Source of the DNA: Anaeromyxobacter sp.
GTDB taxonomy: Bacteria > Myxococcota > Myxococcia > Myxococcales > Anaeromyxobacteraceae
Assembly: GCA_049840735.1 (NCBI GenBank)
Contig: JASGJN010000014.1
Coordinates: 128,001 to 192,000 of the forward strand
Direction: 5' to 3'
DNA length: 64,000 nt
Shown here: piece by piece, positions 9,019-18,280 of the stretch
How the letters are laid out: the number at the start of each line of letters is the position of its first letter
Numbering within the stretch: position 1 is the first letter of the stretch
Notes under the pieces: model-generated
Seen by the model: only the letters and a program-made list of their open reading frames with translations
Databases searched by the model: none
What the model was told of the DNA's origin: nothing
Program-made: the position numbers and the translations under genes

Positions 9019-10767
9019 CTACCCTGGGAAGGCGGCGCCGCACCAGGCCTGGAAGGCGGCCCGGGCCTCGGGGCTGGCGTCGGGCAGGGGCTCCAGCCAG
9101 ACGGTGTCCTCGGGCGGTTGGGCCAGCGGCACCTCCACCTCCCGCAGCTCGTCGCGCCGGAACACGGTCAGCCGGAGCCGGCCCGCCGGCCCCTCCTGGC
9201 AGAGCCGGTCCCACAGCCCGCCGCGGTCCAGCCGGAACCCGCCCTCGGCCAAGAGCTCGTCCTCGGCGCTGAGCCCGGCCCGCCAGGCTGGGCTCCCCTC
9301 CCGCACGGCCTGCACGGTCAGCTTCGGCCCGGAGGCCAGGTCGGCACCGAGCCAGCCGGGCGCGCCGCGGTCCTCGTCGGCTCGCGGCGGCGTCCCGCCC
9401 TTGTCGTCCAGCCCGGCCGCGGCCCGCCGGCCCATGCGCAGGCCGATGGCCGCCAGGTCGGGCTCGAGCGGCGCGGTCCCGCGGACCCAGCGGTCGAAGA
9501 AGCTGCGCGCCGCCTCCACTCCCAGCAGCTCGGCCACGGCCGGCTCCACCCCGTCCTCCGGCAGGCCGCGCCCGGCGTGGCGCGAGTAGAGCGTCCGCAG
9601 CAGCGCGTCCAGCGAGCTCCCGGCCCGGCGCAGCGCCAGGTCCAGCGCGAAGGCCACCAGCTCGCCCTTCAGGTAGTACGAGACCGTGCTGTTCACGGTG
9701 TTCTCGTCCGGCCGGTAGAGCTTCACCCAGGCCAGGAAGCTCGACTCCTCGGCGCTCATCTTGGCGGCGCCGGGGGTGCGGAAGAGCGTGGTGAAGGCCT
9801 GCCCCAGCCGCTTGAGGTGGCGGGCGGGCTCGACCAGCCCGGCCCGCGCCAGCGCCAGCTGGTCGTAGTAGGAGGTCACGCCCTCGAACCACCACAGCAG
9901 CCGCGTGTACTGCTCGCGATCGTAGTCGTAGGGCGTGAACGCGGCCGGGCGGAGCCGCTTCACGTTCCAGAGGTGGAAGAACTCGTGCGCGAAGAGCGAG
10001 AGCGTCTCCTCGTAGGCCTCGCGCGGCCAGAAGCTGTTGCGGCCCACGTTGAGCGTGGTGGAGCCGGCGTGCTCCAGCCCGCCGCGCCGCTTGTCCGAGA
10101 GGTGCACGATGAACAGGTAGCGCTCGTAGGGGAGCCCGCCCATCTGCTCCCCGAACCCCTCCACGATGCGCTGCACGTCGGCCAGGAGCTGCGCCTCGTC
10201 GATGCGGGCGCGCCCCCACAGCGCCAGCTGGTGCGGCTTCCCCAGGGCCGTGAACGAGAGCAGCCGATGGGTGCCGATCTCCACCGGCGCGTCGGCCAGG
10301 GCGTCGTAGTCCGGGGCGGTGAAGGTGTTGGGCGCGCCGGCCGGCTCCAGGGCCGTCGCCACCGACCAGCCGGGCGGCGGCGCCACCTCCAGCACGTGCG
10401 GCCGGCCGGTCCGGCCCGGGACGTAGGGGAAGACGGCGGCGCCGTTCAGGTAGCCGTGGGTGTCGTCCAGGTGGCAGGTCCGGACGGTCAGCTCGTTGGC
10501 GTAGACCCGGTACCGGAGGACCAGCCGCGCCGCGCCGCCGGCCCGGACCCGGATCCGGTGCTTGTCCAGCCGCTCGACGGCCAGCGCCCGGCCCTGCCCG
10601 TCCTCGGCGCTGAGAGCCTCCACATGGCGCGCGTACTCCCGGACCAGATAGGACCCGGGCGTCCAGACCGGGAAGGCCAGCTCGGCCACCTCGCCTGGCT
10701 GGTCAAGGATGGCCTCGACGTGGAACAGGTGCGTCTGCGGCTCAGGAAGGGAGAGGCGATAGCGCAT
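9019..10767 (-). CDS. M61 family aminopeptidase with PDZ domain
   Basis: WTPGSY, GGLEH, AHEFFHLWNVKR, WWFEGVTSYY, C-terminal PDZ-like region (GSPAWRAGL). Confidence 0.92.
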   Translation of the reverse strand: MRYRLSLPEPQTHLFHVEAILDQPGEVAELAFPVWTPGSYLVREYARHVEALSAEDGQGRALAVERLDKHRIRVRAGGAARLVLRYRVYANELTVRTCHLDDTHGYLNGAAVFPYVPGRTGRPHVLEVAPPPGWSVATALEPAGAPNTFTAPDYDALADAPVEIGTHRLLSFTALGKPHQLALWGRARIDEAQLLADVQRIVEGFGEQMGGLPYERYLFIVHLSDKRRGGLEHAGSTTLNVGRNSFWPREAYEETLSLFAHEFFHLWNVKRLRPAAFTPYDYDREQYTRLLWWFEGVTSYYDQLALARAGLVEPARHLKRLGQAFTTLFRTPGAAKMSAEESSFLAWVKLYRPDENTVNSTVSYYLKGELVAFALDLALRRAGSSLDALLRTLYSRHAGRGLPEDGVEPAVAELLGVEAARSFFDRWVRGTAPLEPDLAAIGLRMGRRAAAGLDDKGGTPPRADEDRGAPGWLGADLASGPKLTVQAVREGSPAWRAGLSAEDELLAEGGFRLDRGGLWDRLCQEGPAGRLRLTVFRRDELREVEVPLAQPPEDTVWLEPLPDASPEARAAFQAWCGAAFPG

Positions 10768-10843
10768 GTCCCTTCGACTCTAGCCCGGGATCAACCTGCG
10801 GTCCGGAGAGTTCTGCTAGCCTTTGCGCATTCACGGAGGGGTC

Positions 10844-13800
10844 TTGGAGCGAACGATCCAGTCGGGTGTTCCAGCGCCCACGTCGCCCCTCCTCCGGCTC
10901 TACCTGCTGGGGCGGTTCGAGGTCGTCCGTGAGGACGCGCCCATCCCGTCCCACGCCTGGCGCCGCCGCCGCCCGGCCGACCTCCTGAAGCTCATCGCCC
11001 TCTCCCCCGGCCGCGAGCTGACCCGCGACCAGACCATCGACGCGCTCTGGCCGGACAAGGACCCGGCCAGCGGCGCCAACAACCTTCACCGCGCCCTCTA
11101 CGACCTGCGCCAGATCCTGGGCGGCCGCTGGGTGGACATCGAGCGCGGCGTCATCCGCATGCGCCCGGACGTCTGGGTGGACGTGGATGCCTTCGAGCGC
11201 GCGGTCGAGGCGGGCGGGGCGGAGCGCTTCCAGGAGGCGGTGGCGCTCTACCGCGGCGACCTCGCGCCGGAGGACGGCGAGGTGGACTGGCTGCACGCCC
11301 GCCGGCTGCAGCTGCGCAGCCGCTTCGTCGAGGCGGCCCACCCGCTGGCCCGGGCCGCGGCCGAGGCCGCCGACGTGGGCGCGGCGGTGCCCCTGCTCCG
11401 GCGGCTGCTGGACGTGGATCCGGCCGGCGAGGAGGCCCACCGGCTGCTCATGCAGCTCCTGGCCACCGCCGGCCGCCGCGCCGAGGCCCTGCGCCAGTAC
11501 GACGCCTGCGAGGGCGCGCTGCGCGCGGTGGGGCGCGCGCCGGCCGAGGAGACCCGCGCCCTGCGCGACGCCATCCAGCGCGGCGAGCTGGGCCCGGCCC
11601 CTGGCGCTGCGGCGCTGGACGGGGCCCGCCGCCTGGCCCGCCGCCTGCTGGGCGCGGCCGAGCCGTCGCCGGTCCGCGGCCGCGGCGCCATCCTGCTGCT
11701 GCTCGAGGCGCTGGTGGAGCGCGGCTCGGGCATGCTGGTGCTGCTGGGCGAGCGCGGCGTGGGCAAGACGCGCCTGGCGGTCGAGGGCGCCCGCATCGCG
11801 CAGGCGCGCGGCGCGGTGGTGCTGGGCGGGGTGGGCAGCGCCCGGCCCGGCGAGCCCTTCGGCCTGTTCGTCGATCTCTTCGGACAGGAGGGGCGAGCCG
11901 GCAGCCACGACCCGCTGGCCGCCCCGCCCTCGGGCCGCGCGCCGGAGGCGGTGCTGGCCGAGCTGCAGGACGCCGTCGCGGCCGAGCTTCGCGCCGCCGG
12001 CGAGGGCCGCCCGCTGTTCCTGCTGCTCGACGACCTGCACGCGGCCGACGAGTCCTCGCTGCAGCTGCTGCACGCGCTGGCGCGCCGCGCCGCCGAGCTG
12101 CGCCTGATGGTGGTGGCCACCTGCCGCGAGGAGGCCATCCACGCCGGCACGCCGCTGCAGACGGCGCTGGCCCACCTCGACGCGGGCCGGCTGGCGCGCG
12201 GCGTGCGGCTGCCGCGCCTGGGGCTGGCCGGCACGCGCGAGCAGCTGACCGACCTGGCCGGCGGCCCGCCGCCGGAGGCGCTGGTGCAGCTGGTCTACCG
12301 CGTCACCGACGGTGCACCCTTCCTGGTGGAGGAGGCGCTGCGGGCCTACGCCGCCACCGGGCAGGTGCCGCAGGATCCGGGCGCCGGGCTGCGCGCCCGG
12401 GTGGGCCGGCTGGGGCCGCGCGCCGAGGCGCTGCTGGGGGCCGCCGCGGTGGTGGGGCGGCACTTCGAGTTCGACCTGGTGCGGCCGGTCTCGGGGCTGG
12501 GGGGTCAGGAGACGGTGAAGGCGCTCGAGGCCTGCCTGGAGGCAGGGCTGCTCGACGAGGACGGCACCGGCTACCGGTTCCACCACGACCTGATCCGCGA
12601 GGCGGTCTACCAGGGGCTGCCGGGCAGCCGCCGCGCGGCGCTGCACGCCGCGGTGGCCGACGCGCTGGAGGCCGACGTGGCCCGCCCGGCGCCGGCCGAG
12701 GCGCTGGCGCGGCACCGCCGGCTGGCCGGCCAGGAGGACCGGGCGGTGCGCCACCTGGTGGCGGCCGGCCACCGCGCCGCGGCGCGGGCCGGGCTGCGCG
12801 AGGCGCTCACCTTCTACACCGAGGCGCTGGAGCTGGCGCCGCGCGCCGGCCTCGACGGCCGCGCCCGCTTCGAGCTGCACGAGGCGGCGGCGCGGGTGCA
12901 GCTGGGGCTGGGCGAGCTGGACGCGGCGGTCCGCGCCTTCGGGCAGGCGGCGCGGCTGGCCGGGGCGGAAGGGTTCGAGGCCGATCCGGCCCGGCTGGCC
13001 CGGGTGCACCGGCTGGCGGCCATGGCCCACGCCGCGGCGGGCGACCTGCCGGCGGCGCGCCTGGCGCTGGGCGAGGGGCTGGCGGCCGCGGGCGAGGCCG
13101 AGCCGGCCGAGGTGGCGGCGCTGCACCACCTCTCGGCGCAGCTGGAGTGGCACGCCGGCGCGGCGGACCGGGCCGAGGCGGCCGCGGCGGCCTGCGGCGC
13201 GGCGGCGGCGCAGGCGGGCGACGGCGAGCTCGCGGCGCGGGCCGAGGACCTGCGGGCGCTGGCGCGCGGGCTTCGCGGCGAGCCGCTGCCGCCGGTGACG
13301 CCGGCGCCGGCCGGGCCGCAGGACCTCACGCCCGAGCACCCGCTCGACCTGCACGTGGTGCTCTGGAGCCACGACCTGCTGGGCGAGCGCGGCGCGCCCG
13401 ACCTGGCGCGCGCGGCGGGCGTGCTGGTGGAGCGGGCCCGGCAGCGGCAGGCCCCGGCGGCCGAGGCGGCGGGGCGGCTGGGCGAGGGGATCGCGGCGCT
13501 GGAGGCGGCGCAGCTGGAGGCCGCCGAGCTGGCCCTGCGCGCCGCCCGGCAGGGCTTCCGCGCCGCGGGCCTGGCGCTGGGCGAGGCGCTGGCCATGGAG
13601 CGGCTGGCCTCGCTGCTGGTGATGGCCGGGAGCCTGGAGGAGGCGGGCGCGCTGCTGGACGAGGCGGTGGTGGTGGCCGAGCGCGGCACGCTCCGGCAGC
13701 ACGCGCTCACGCTGCTCCACGCCGCCGAGGCCCGCCACCGCCTGGCCTCCGGGCTGCCCGGCGCCGCCGACGTGGCCATGCGCGCCGCCAGCGAGGCGGC

Positions 13801-14167
13801 CGCGCGCCACGGGGGCTGCACCGCCTGCGACGCCGCCTTCCGCCCGGAGGCGGTCCGCACCGCCCTGGCCCGCGGGCGGCTCGACGTGGCCGAGGCCGAG
13901 ACCTCCGCGCTGGAGGACCTGGCCCGCCGCCACGGCGGCCGCGGCTTCACCGCCCTGGCGCGCCAGGCGCGGGCCCGCGTGCTGGCCGCGGCCGGCCGGC
14001 CGGAGGACGCGCTGGTGTCCCTGGCCCAGGCGCGGGCCGGGTTCCTGGCCTCGGGCCAGCGCTACGAGGCCGCGCGCGCGGTCCGGCTGGAGGCCCGGCT
14101 GCGCGGGAGCCTGCCGGAGGCCTGGGCCGCGCTGGACGTGCTGGTGCGGATCGACGCCGACGCGTGA
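10844..14167 (+). CDS. SARP/BTAD + AAA ATPase + TPR transcriptional regulator
   Basis: N-terminal LRLYLLGRFEV wHTH, BTAD (EEAHRLLMQL), Walker A GERGVGKT, LLLDDLH; GGAGG before TTG 10844 (start uncertain). Confidence 0.85.
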   Translation: MERTIQSGVPAPTSPLLRLYLLGRFEVVREDAPIPSHAWRRRRPADLLKLIALSPGRELTRDQTIDALWPDKDPASGANNLHRALYDLRQILGGRWVDIERGVIRMRPDVWVDVDAFERAVEAGGAERFQEAVALYRGDLAPEDGEVDWLHARRLQLRSRFVEAAHPLARAAAEAADVGAAVPLLRRLLDVDPAGEEAHRLLMQLLATAGRRAEALRQYDACEGALRAVGRAPAEETRALRDAIQRGELGPAPGAAALDGARRLARRLLGAAEPSPVRGRGAILLLLEALVERGSGMLVLLGERGVGKTRLAVEGARIAQARGAVVLGGVGSARPGEPFGLFVDLFGQEGRAGSHDPLAAPPSGRAPEAVLAELQDAVAAELRAAGEGRPLFLLLDDLHAADESSLQLLHALARRAAELRLMVVATCREEAIHAGTPLQTALAHLDAGRLARGVRLPRLGLAGTREQLTDLAGGPPPEALVQLVYRVTDGAPFLVEEALRAYAATGQVPQDPGAGLRARVGRLGPRAEALLGAAAVVGRHFEFDLVRPVSGLGGQETVKALEACLEAGLLDEDGTGYRFHHDLIREAVYQGLPGSRRAALHAAVADALEADVARPAPAEALARHRRLAGQEDRAVRHLVAAGHRAAARAGLREALTFYTEALELAPRAGLDGRARFELHEAAARVQLGLGELDAAVRAFGQAARLAGAEGFEADPARLARVHRLAAMAHAAAGDLPAARLALGEGLAAAGEAEPAEVAALHHLSAQLEWHAGAADRAEAAAAACGAAAAQAGDGELAARAEDLRALARGLRGEPLPPVTPAPAGPQDLTPEHPLDLHVVLWSHDLLGERGAPDLARAAGVLVERARQRQAPAAEAAGRLGEGIAALEAAQLEAAELALRAARQGFRAAGLALGEALAMERLASLLVMAGSLEEAGALLDEAVVVAERGTLRQHALTLLHAAEARHRLASGLPGAADVAMRAASEAAARHGGCTACDAAFRPEAVRTALARGRLDVAEAETSALEDLARRHGGRGFTALARQARARVLAAAGRPEDALVSLAQARAGFLASGQRYEAARAVRLEARLRGSLPEAWAALDVLVRIDADA

Positions 14168-14185
14168 TCCGACCTGACCGCCCGG

Positions 14186-14667
14186 CCTTCGACAGGCTCA
14201 GGGCGGGCGGGGGCAGCAGGCGCCGGCCGGCCTTCGACTCCGCCCCGCCTGCCGGCGGGGCTACGCTCAGGCTGACCGGATTCGGGTTGGCCCCGATCTT
14301 CGACAGCCCGACTCCGCCCCGCCTGCCGGCGGGGCGACGCCCAGGCTGACCGGATTCGGGTTGGCCCCGCTCTTCAGCAGCCCGACTCCGCCCGCCTGCC
14401 GGCGGGGCTACGCCCAGGCTTACCGGATTCGGGTTGGCCCCGCCCTTCAACAGCCCGACTCCGCCCCGCCTGCCGGCGGGGCGACGCCCAGGCTGACCGG
14501 ATTCGGGTTGGCCCCGATCTTCAACAGCCCGACTCCGCCCCGCCTGCCGGCGAGGCGACGCCCAGGCTGACCGGATCCGGGTTGGCCCCGCGCTTCAACA
14601 GCCTGACTCCGCCCCGCCTGCCGCCCAGGCTGACCGGATTCGGGTTGGCCCCGCTCTTCGACAGCCT
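14186..14667. repeat. Tandem array of ~74-bp REP-derived units (6 copies)
   Basis: GCTGACCGGATYCGGGTTGGCCCCG (one GCTTAC variant) at 14271, 14345, 14418, 14492, 14566 and 14629; preceded by short and long REP copies. Confidence 0.92.
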
Positions 14668-14683
14668 GGTAGGCTGCCCGCCC

Positions 14684-15707
14684 ATGGACCCCTACGGCCT
14701 CCGCCGCGTCGTCTCCCCCAAGGGCCTCCTCCCGCAGCGCGCCGACGTGCTCGACCCGTCCCTGCCGCTGGGCGAGGACGAGCTCTCGAATCGAGGTGGA
14801 GGCGCTCAACATCGACGCGGCCAGCTTCCGGCAGATCGAGGGCGCGGTGGGCAAGACGCCGGAGGCCATCGCCGCCGAGGTGCAGCGCATCGTCCAGGCC
14901 CGCGGGAAGATGCACAACCCGGTCACCGGCTCGGGCGGCATGCTCATCGGGCGCGTCAAGGCGGTGGGCCCGCGCCACCCGGCCGCCGCCACGCTCCGGC
15001 CCGGCGACCGGCTCGCCACCCTGGTCTCGCTCACCCTCACGCCGCTGCGCCTCGACGCCGTCCGCGCGGTCCGGCCGGCCATCGACCGCATCGAGTGCCA
15101 GGGCGAGGCCATCCTCTTCGCCACCGGGCTGTGGGCCCGCTTGCCGGACGATCTGCCCGAGACGCTGGTCCTGGCGGCGCTGGACGTCTGCGGGGCGCCG
15201 GCCCTGGTGGCCCGCCACCTCTCGCGCGGGCAGCGCGTGCTGGTGCTGGGCGCCGGAAAGTCGGGCGCGCTGGTGGCGGTGCAGGCGCGCGAGTCGCTGG
15301 GGCCGGAGGGGTTCCTGGCGCTGGCCGACCGCTCGCCGCCGGCGCTGGAGGCGCTGGCCGGGCTGGAGGTCTCCGACGCGCGGCTGCAGGTGGACGCCAC
15401 CGACCCGCTGGGCGTGCTCTCGGCCGTCGAGGCGGCCGGCGGCCGCTTCGACGTGGTGGTCAACTGCGCCAGCGTCCCCGGCACCGAGATGGCCGCCATC
15501 CTGGCGGCGCGCGAGGGCGGCACGGTGATCTTCTTCTCCATGGCCACCAGCTTCACCGCCGCGGCGCTGGGCGCCGAGGGCGTGGGCAAGGACGCCACGC
15601 TCGTCATCGGCAACGGCTACGTCCCCGGCCACGCCGACCTGACGCTCGACCTCTTGCGCCGCCACCCGCGGCTGCGGGCGCTGTTCCAGGCGCGGTACGG
15701 CGCCTGA
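14684..15707 (+). CDS. kdd: L-erythro-3,5-diaminohexanoate dehydrogenase; apparent +1 frameshift at 14788-14792
   Basis: MDPYGLRRV start; RGKMHNPVTGSGGML, LDVCGAP, FFSMATSF, IGNGY motifs; GAATC to GATC restores the frame. Confidence 0.85.
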
Positions 15708-15819
15708 GGTCCGCGCCCGCTCGCGCGACGCTCCCCCCGGGCCGTGCTCCGCATGGGCTGGGTAACCCTGGCGGCTGGCCAGCATCCACTCCCCGTGGCT
15801 TCGCCCAAGGAGGAGCGCG

Positions 15820-16011
15820 ATGAAGCAGGTCCAGGAGCAGCACGTGGAGGTGGCGCGCCGGAGCGCGAAGCTCTGGCGCGTGCTGGTGGCCGGGGGCGCA
15901 GCGCTGGCGCTGGCCTGCGCCGGCACGCAGAAGCCGGCCTCCCCGTCGCCGGGGAGCGACCACTCGAGCGACGGCAAGTCCGGCGACGGCGGGGGCGCTT
16001 CCGGTTGGTGA
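15820..16011 (+). CDS. Small lipoprotein-like peptide (63 aa) ending GGGASGW
   Basis: AGGAGG RBS; hydrophobic stretch and lipobox LALA-C; GTGA overlap with the next gene. Confidence 0.7.
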   Translation: MKQVQEQHVEVARRSAKLWRVLVAGGAALALACAGTQKPASPSPGSDHSSDGKSGDGGGASGW

Positions 16012-16745
16012 GCGACGCCGGCGAGGCGAGGCGGCGGTCGCTGGCGGCGCGGGCCTGGCGCTTCCGCTGCGGCGTCGAGCGCGAGGCAGAGGTGCGCTTC
16101 GCGCGCCTCGCAGGCTGGCTGGAGGCGCAGGGCGCAGCCGGGCGGCTGGTGGCCCTGGCCCGGCGCTCGTCCTCGGACGAGGCGCGGCATGCGCTGCGGT
16201 GCGCCGACCTGGCGCGGGCCTTCGGCGCCGGGGTGGACGACCTGCCGCCGCCGGAGCCGGCCCTGCTGGCGCCGCCCGACCTGCCGGCGCGGACCCGCAT
16301 GCTCTACGAGGCGGTCGCCGCCTGCTGCGTGACCGAGACCGGCAGCGTGGGGGTGCTGGCCACGCTCCTGGGCGAGGTGAAGGGCGGCAGCCTGCGGCGC
16401 ACGCTCCGCGAGCTGGCCCGCGACGAGGTCCGCCACGCCCAGCTCGGCTGGGCGGTGCTGGCGGCGGAGGGGGAGCGCAGCCAGGCCTCGCTCCTTTCAC
16501 CCTGGGTGCCGGCCATGCTGGCCGGCAGCATCGACGCCGGCCTGTTCGGCGCCGCCGCGCCGGGGGACGACGACGACGGCCTGCTCGAGCTGGGGCTGCT
16601 CCCGCAGCGGCTGCGGCGGGAGGTGTTCGTCCGCACCACGCTGGACGTGGTCCTCCCTGGCCTGGAGGCCGGCGGGATCGACCCGGGTCCGGCCCGACAC
16701 TGGCTCGCGCAGCGGACGGACCCAGGGCAGCGCCTCTCGTCCTGA
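16008..16745 (+). CDS. Ferritin-like diiron-carboxylate protein
   Basis: Ligand pattern E...DEARH...E...DEVRH; GTG start overlapping the peptide stop codon. Confidence 0.8.
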   Translation: MSDAGEARRRSLAARAWRFRCGVEREAEVRFARLAGWLEAQGAAGRLVALARRSSSDEARHALRCADLARAFGAGVDDLPPPEPALLAPPDLPARTRMLYEAVAACCVTETGSVGVLATLLGEVKGGSLRRTLRELARDEVRHAQLGWAVLAAEGERSQASLLSPWVPAMLAGSIDAGLFGAAAPGDDDDGLLELGLLPQRLRREVFVRTTLDVVLPGLEAGGIDPGPARHWLAQRTDPGQRLSS

Positions 16746-16819
16746 CGCGGCGGCAGGTTGCTGGATTCCTGGCCATGCTCCCGGGATGGTAGGCTCGGTC
16801 CGCCCGTCCCGGAGGACCC

Positions 16820-17227
16820 ATGGCACTCATCAACTGGAAGCCGCAGCTCAGCGTCGGCGTGAAGCTGTTCGACGACCAGCACAAGGTGCTGATCGGGATG
16901 ATCAACGACCTCCACGCCGCGCTCGCGGGCGGCAAGGGCAACGACGTCATGGGGCCCATCCTCACCGGCCTCGCCGAGTACACGCAGACGCACTTCGCCG
17001 AGGAGGAGCAGCTCCTCGCGAAGCACGGCTACCCAGGCCTGGCGGTCCACAAGATCGAGCACCGCAAGCTGCTGGACCAGGTCGGCGCGCTGCAGCAGAA
17101 GCACAAGTCCGGAAACACGATGATCTCGGTCGAGGTGATGCACTTCCTCCGCGACTGGCTCTCCACGCACATCCAGGGTGAGGACGCCCAGTACGGCAAG
17201 TTCCTGAACGCGAGGGGCGTGCAGTAG
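16820..17227 (+). CDS. Bacteriohemerythrin
   Basis: W...SVGV..DDQHK, YTQTHFAEEE, H..HKIEH, WLSTHIQGED motifs; GGAGG RBS. Confidence 0.95.
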   Translation: MALINWKPQLSVGVKLFDDQHKVLIGMINDLHAALAGGKGNDVMGPILTGLAEYTQTHFAEEEQLLAKHGYPGLAVHKIEHRKLLDQVGALQQKHKSGNTMISVEVMHFLRDWLSTHIQGEDAQYGKFLNARGVQ

Positions 17228-17332
17228 CGGCCCGGCGCGTGGGACCGCCGCGGCGGCGGGCTCCGCGGGCCGCAGAATCCTCCTCGATGCTCTGCTCCCC
17301 GCTGGCGCCGGTTTCGTACTAGTTTCGCCCGC

Positions 17333-17418
17333 GGGGCCGTGGCGGAACTGGCAGACGCAGGGGACTTAAAATCCCTCGCCGCGCGAGCGGCATCCCGGTT
17401 GGATCCCGGGCGGCCCTA
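17333..17418 (+). tRNA. tRNA-Leu(UAA); T-loop reads TTGGATC; CCA not encoded
   Basis: GGGGCCG/CGGCCCT acceptor stem, D-loop AACTGGCAGA, anticodon loop CTTAAAA, long variable arm. Confidence 0.92.
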
Positions 17419-17728
17419 ACCGCTCCCCCCGCTCCAGGATGACCGGTTGGGCCCGCCTCCTGCGGGCGGTCCTCGGGTGGGGCCGCGACCACGCGTACCT
17501 CCTCCCGCTCGCCCGCCCGGCCGCAAGTTACGCGCGCCACGGCGGTGTGGTCGCCCGGCGACGACCGGGGCGTGCGGATCACGGTTTCCGCGCCAGGTCT
17601 GCCTTCGAATGCGCGCCAGCGTTGATCGGCGTCCCCCTTGCATATGGGCCTGACGTTCGCCGCACCGCGTAAAGGCCAACGGGGGACCGGGCGCGCCACC
17701 GCCCGCACGCTTCACGAGGAGTCGCACC

Positions 17729-18178
17729 ATGCCAGCCCCGTCAGGTTCGATCGCTGGTCCCCCGCTCGAGCGAGCGGCGCTGGGGCGCGCCGCGCGGGTG
17801 CTGCTGGTCGAGGACGACCGCGAGCTGCGCGAGGCCCTGGCGGACGTGCTGATGCTGGAGGGGTTCGAGGTGGAGCAGGCGGAGAACGGCCTCGACGCGC
17901 TGCTGCACCTGCGCAGCGCGCCGCGCCCGCCGGACGTGGTGGTGCTCGACCTGGACATGCCGCTCATGGACGGCCGCGAGTTCCGGGAGGCGCAGCTGCG
18001 CAATCCGGCCCTGGCCGCGGTGCCGGTGCTGGTCCTCTCCTCGCACGTGGAGGAGGGGCTGCCGCTGGGCGGCCTGGGCAAGCCCTGCTCGCCGGAGCGG
18101 CTCCTGGCCCGGCTGCGGGCGCTCATCACGTTCAGTGAATCACGCGCGGCGGACGCCGGCCGCCACGCTTCGCCCTGA
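17729..18178 (+). CDS. Single-domain response regulator (CheY-like)
   Basis: VLLVEDD, VVLDLDMPLMDG, KP motifs. Confidence 0.88.
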   Translation: MPAPSGSIAGPPLERAALGRAARVLLVEDDRELREALADVLMLEGFEVEQAENGLDALLHLRSAPRPPDVVVLDLDMPLMDGREFREAQLRNPALAAVPVLVLSSHVEEGLPLGGLGKPCSPERLLARLRALITFSESRAADAGRHASP

Positions 18179-18195
18179 CCCCAGCGCGCCCCTGG

Positions 18196-18243
18196 CCTTC
18201 GACTCCGCGAGCCCTGCGGGCTCGCTACGCTCAGGCCGAACGG
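18196..18243 (+). repeat. REP-like palindromic element between convergent genes
   Basis: CCTTCGACTCCGCGAGCCCTGCGGGCTCGCTACGCTCAGGCCGAACGG. Confidence 0.85.
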
Positions 18244-18280
18244 ATTCCTTGCGCCTCGCGCCACAAATCCGCCACGCGCC

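Noticed and set aside
14231..14667. CRISPR array
   Set aside because: The whole 74-bp unit repeats with only point variation; no unique spacers
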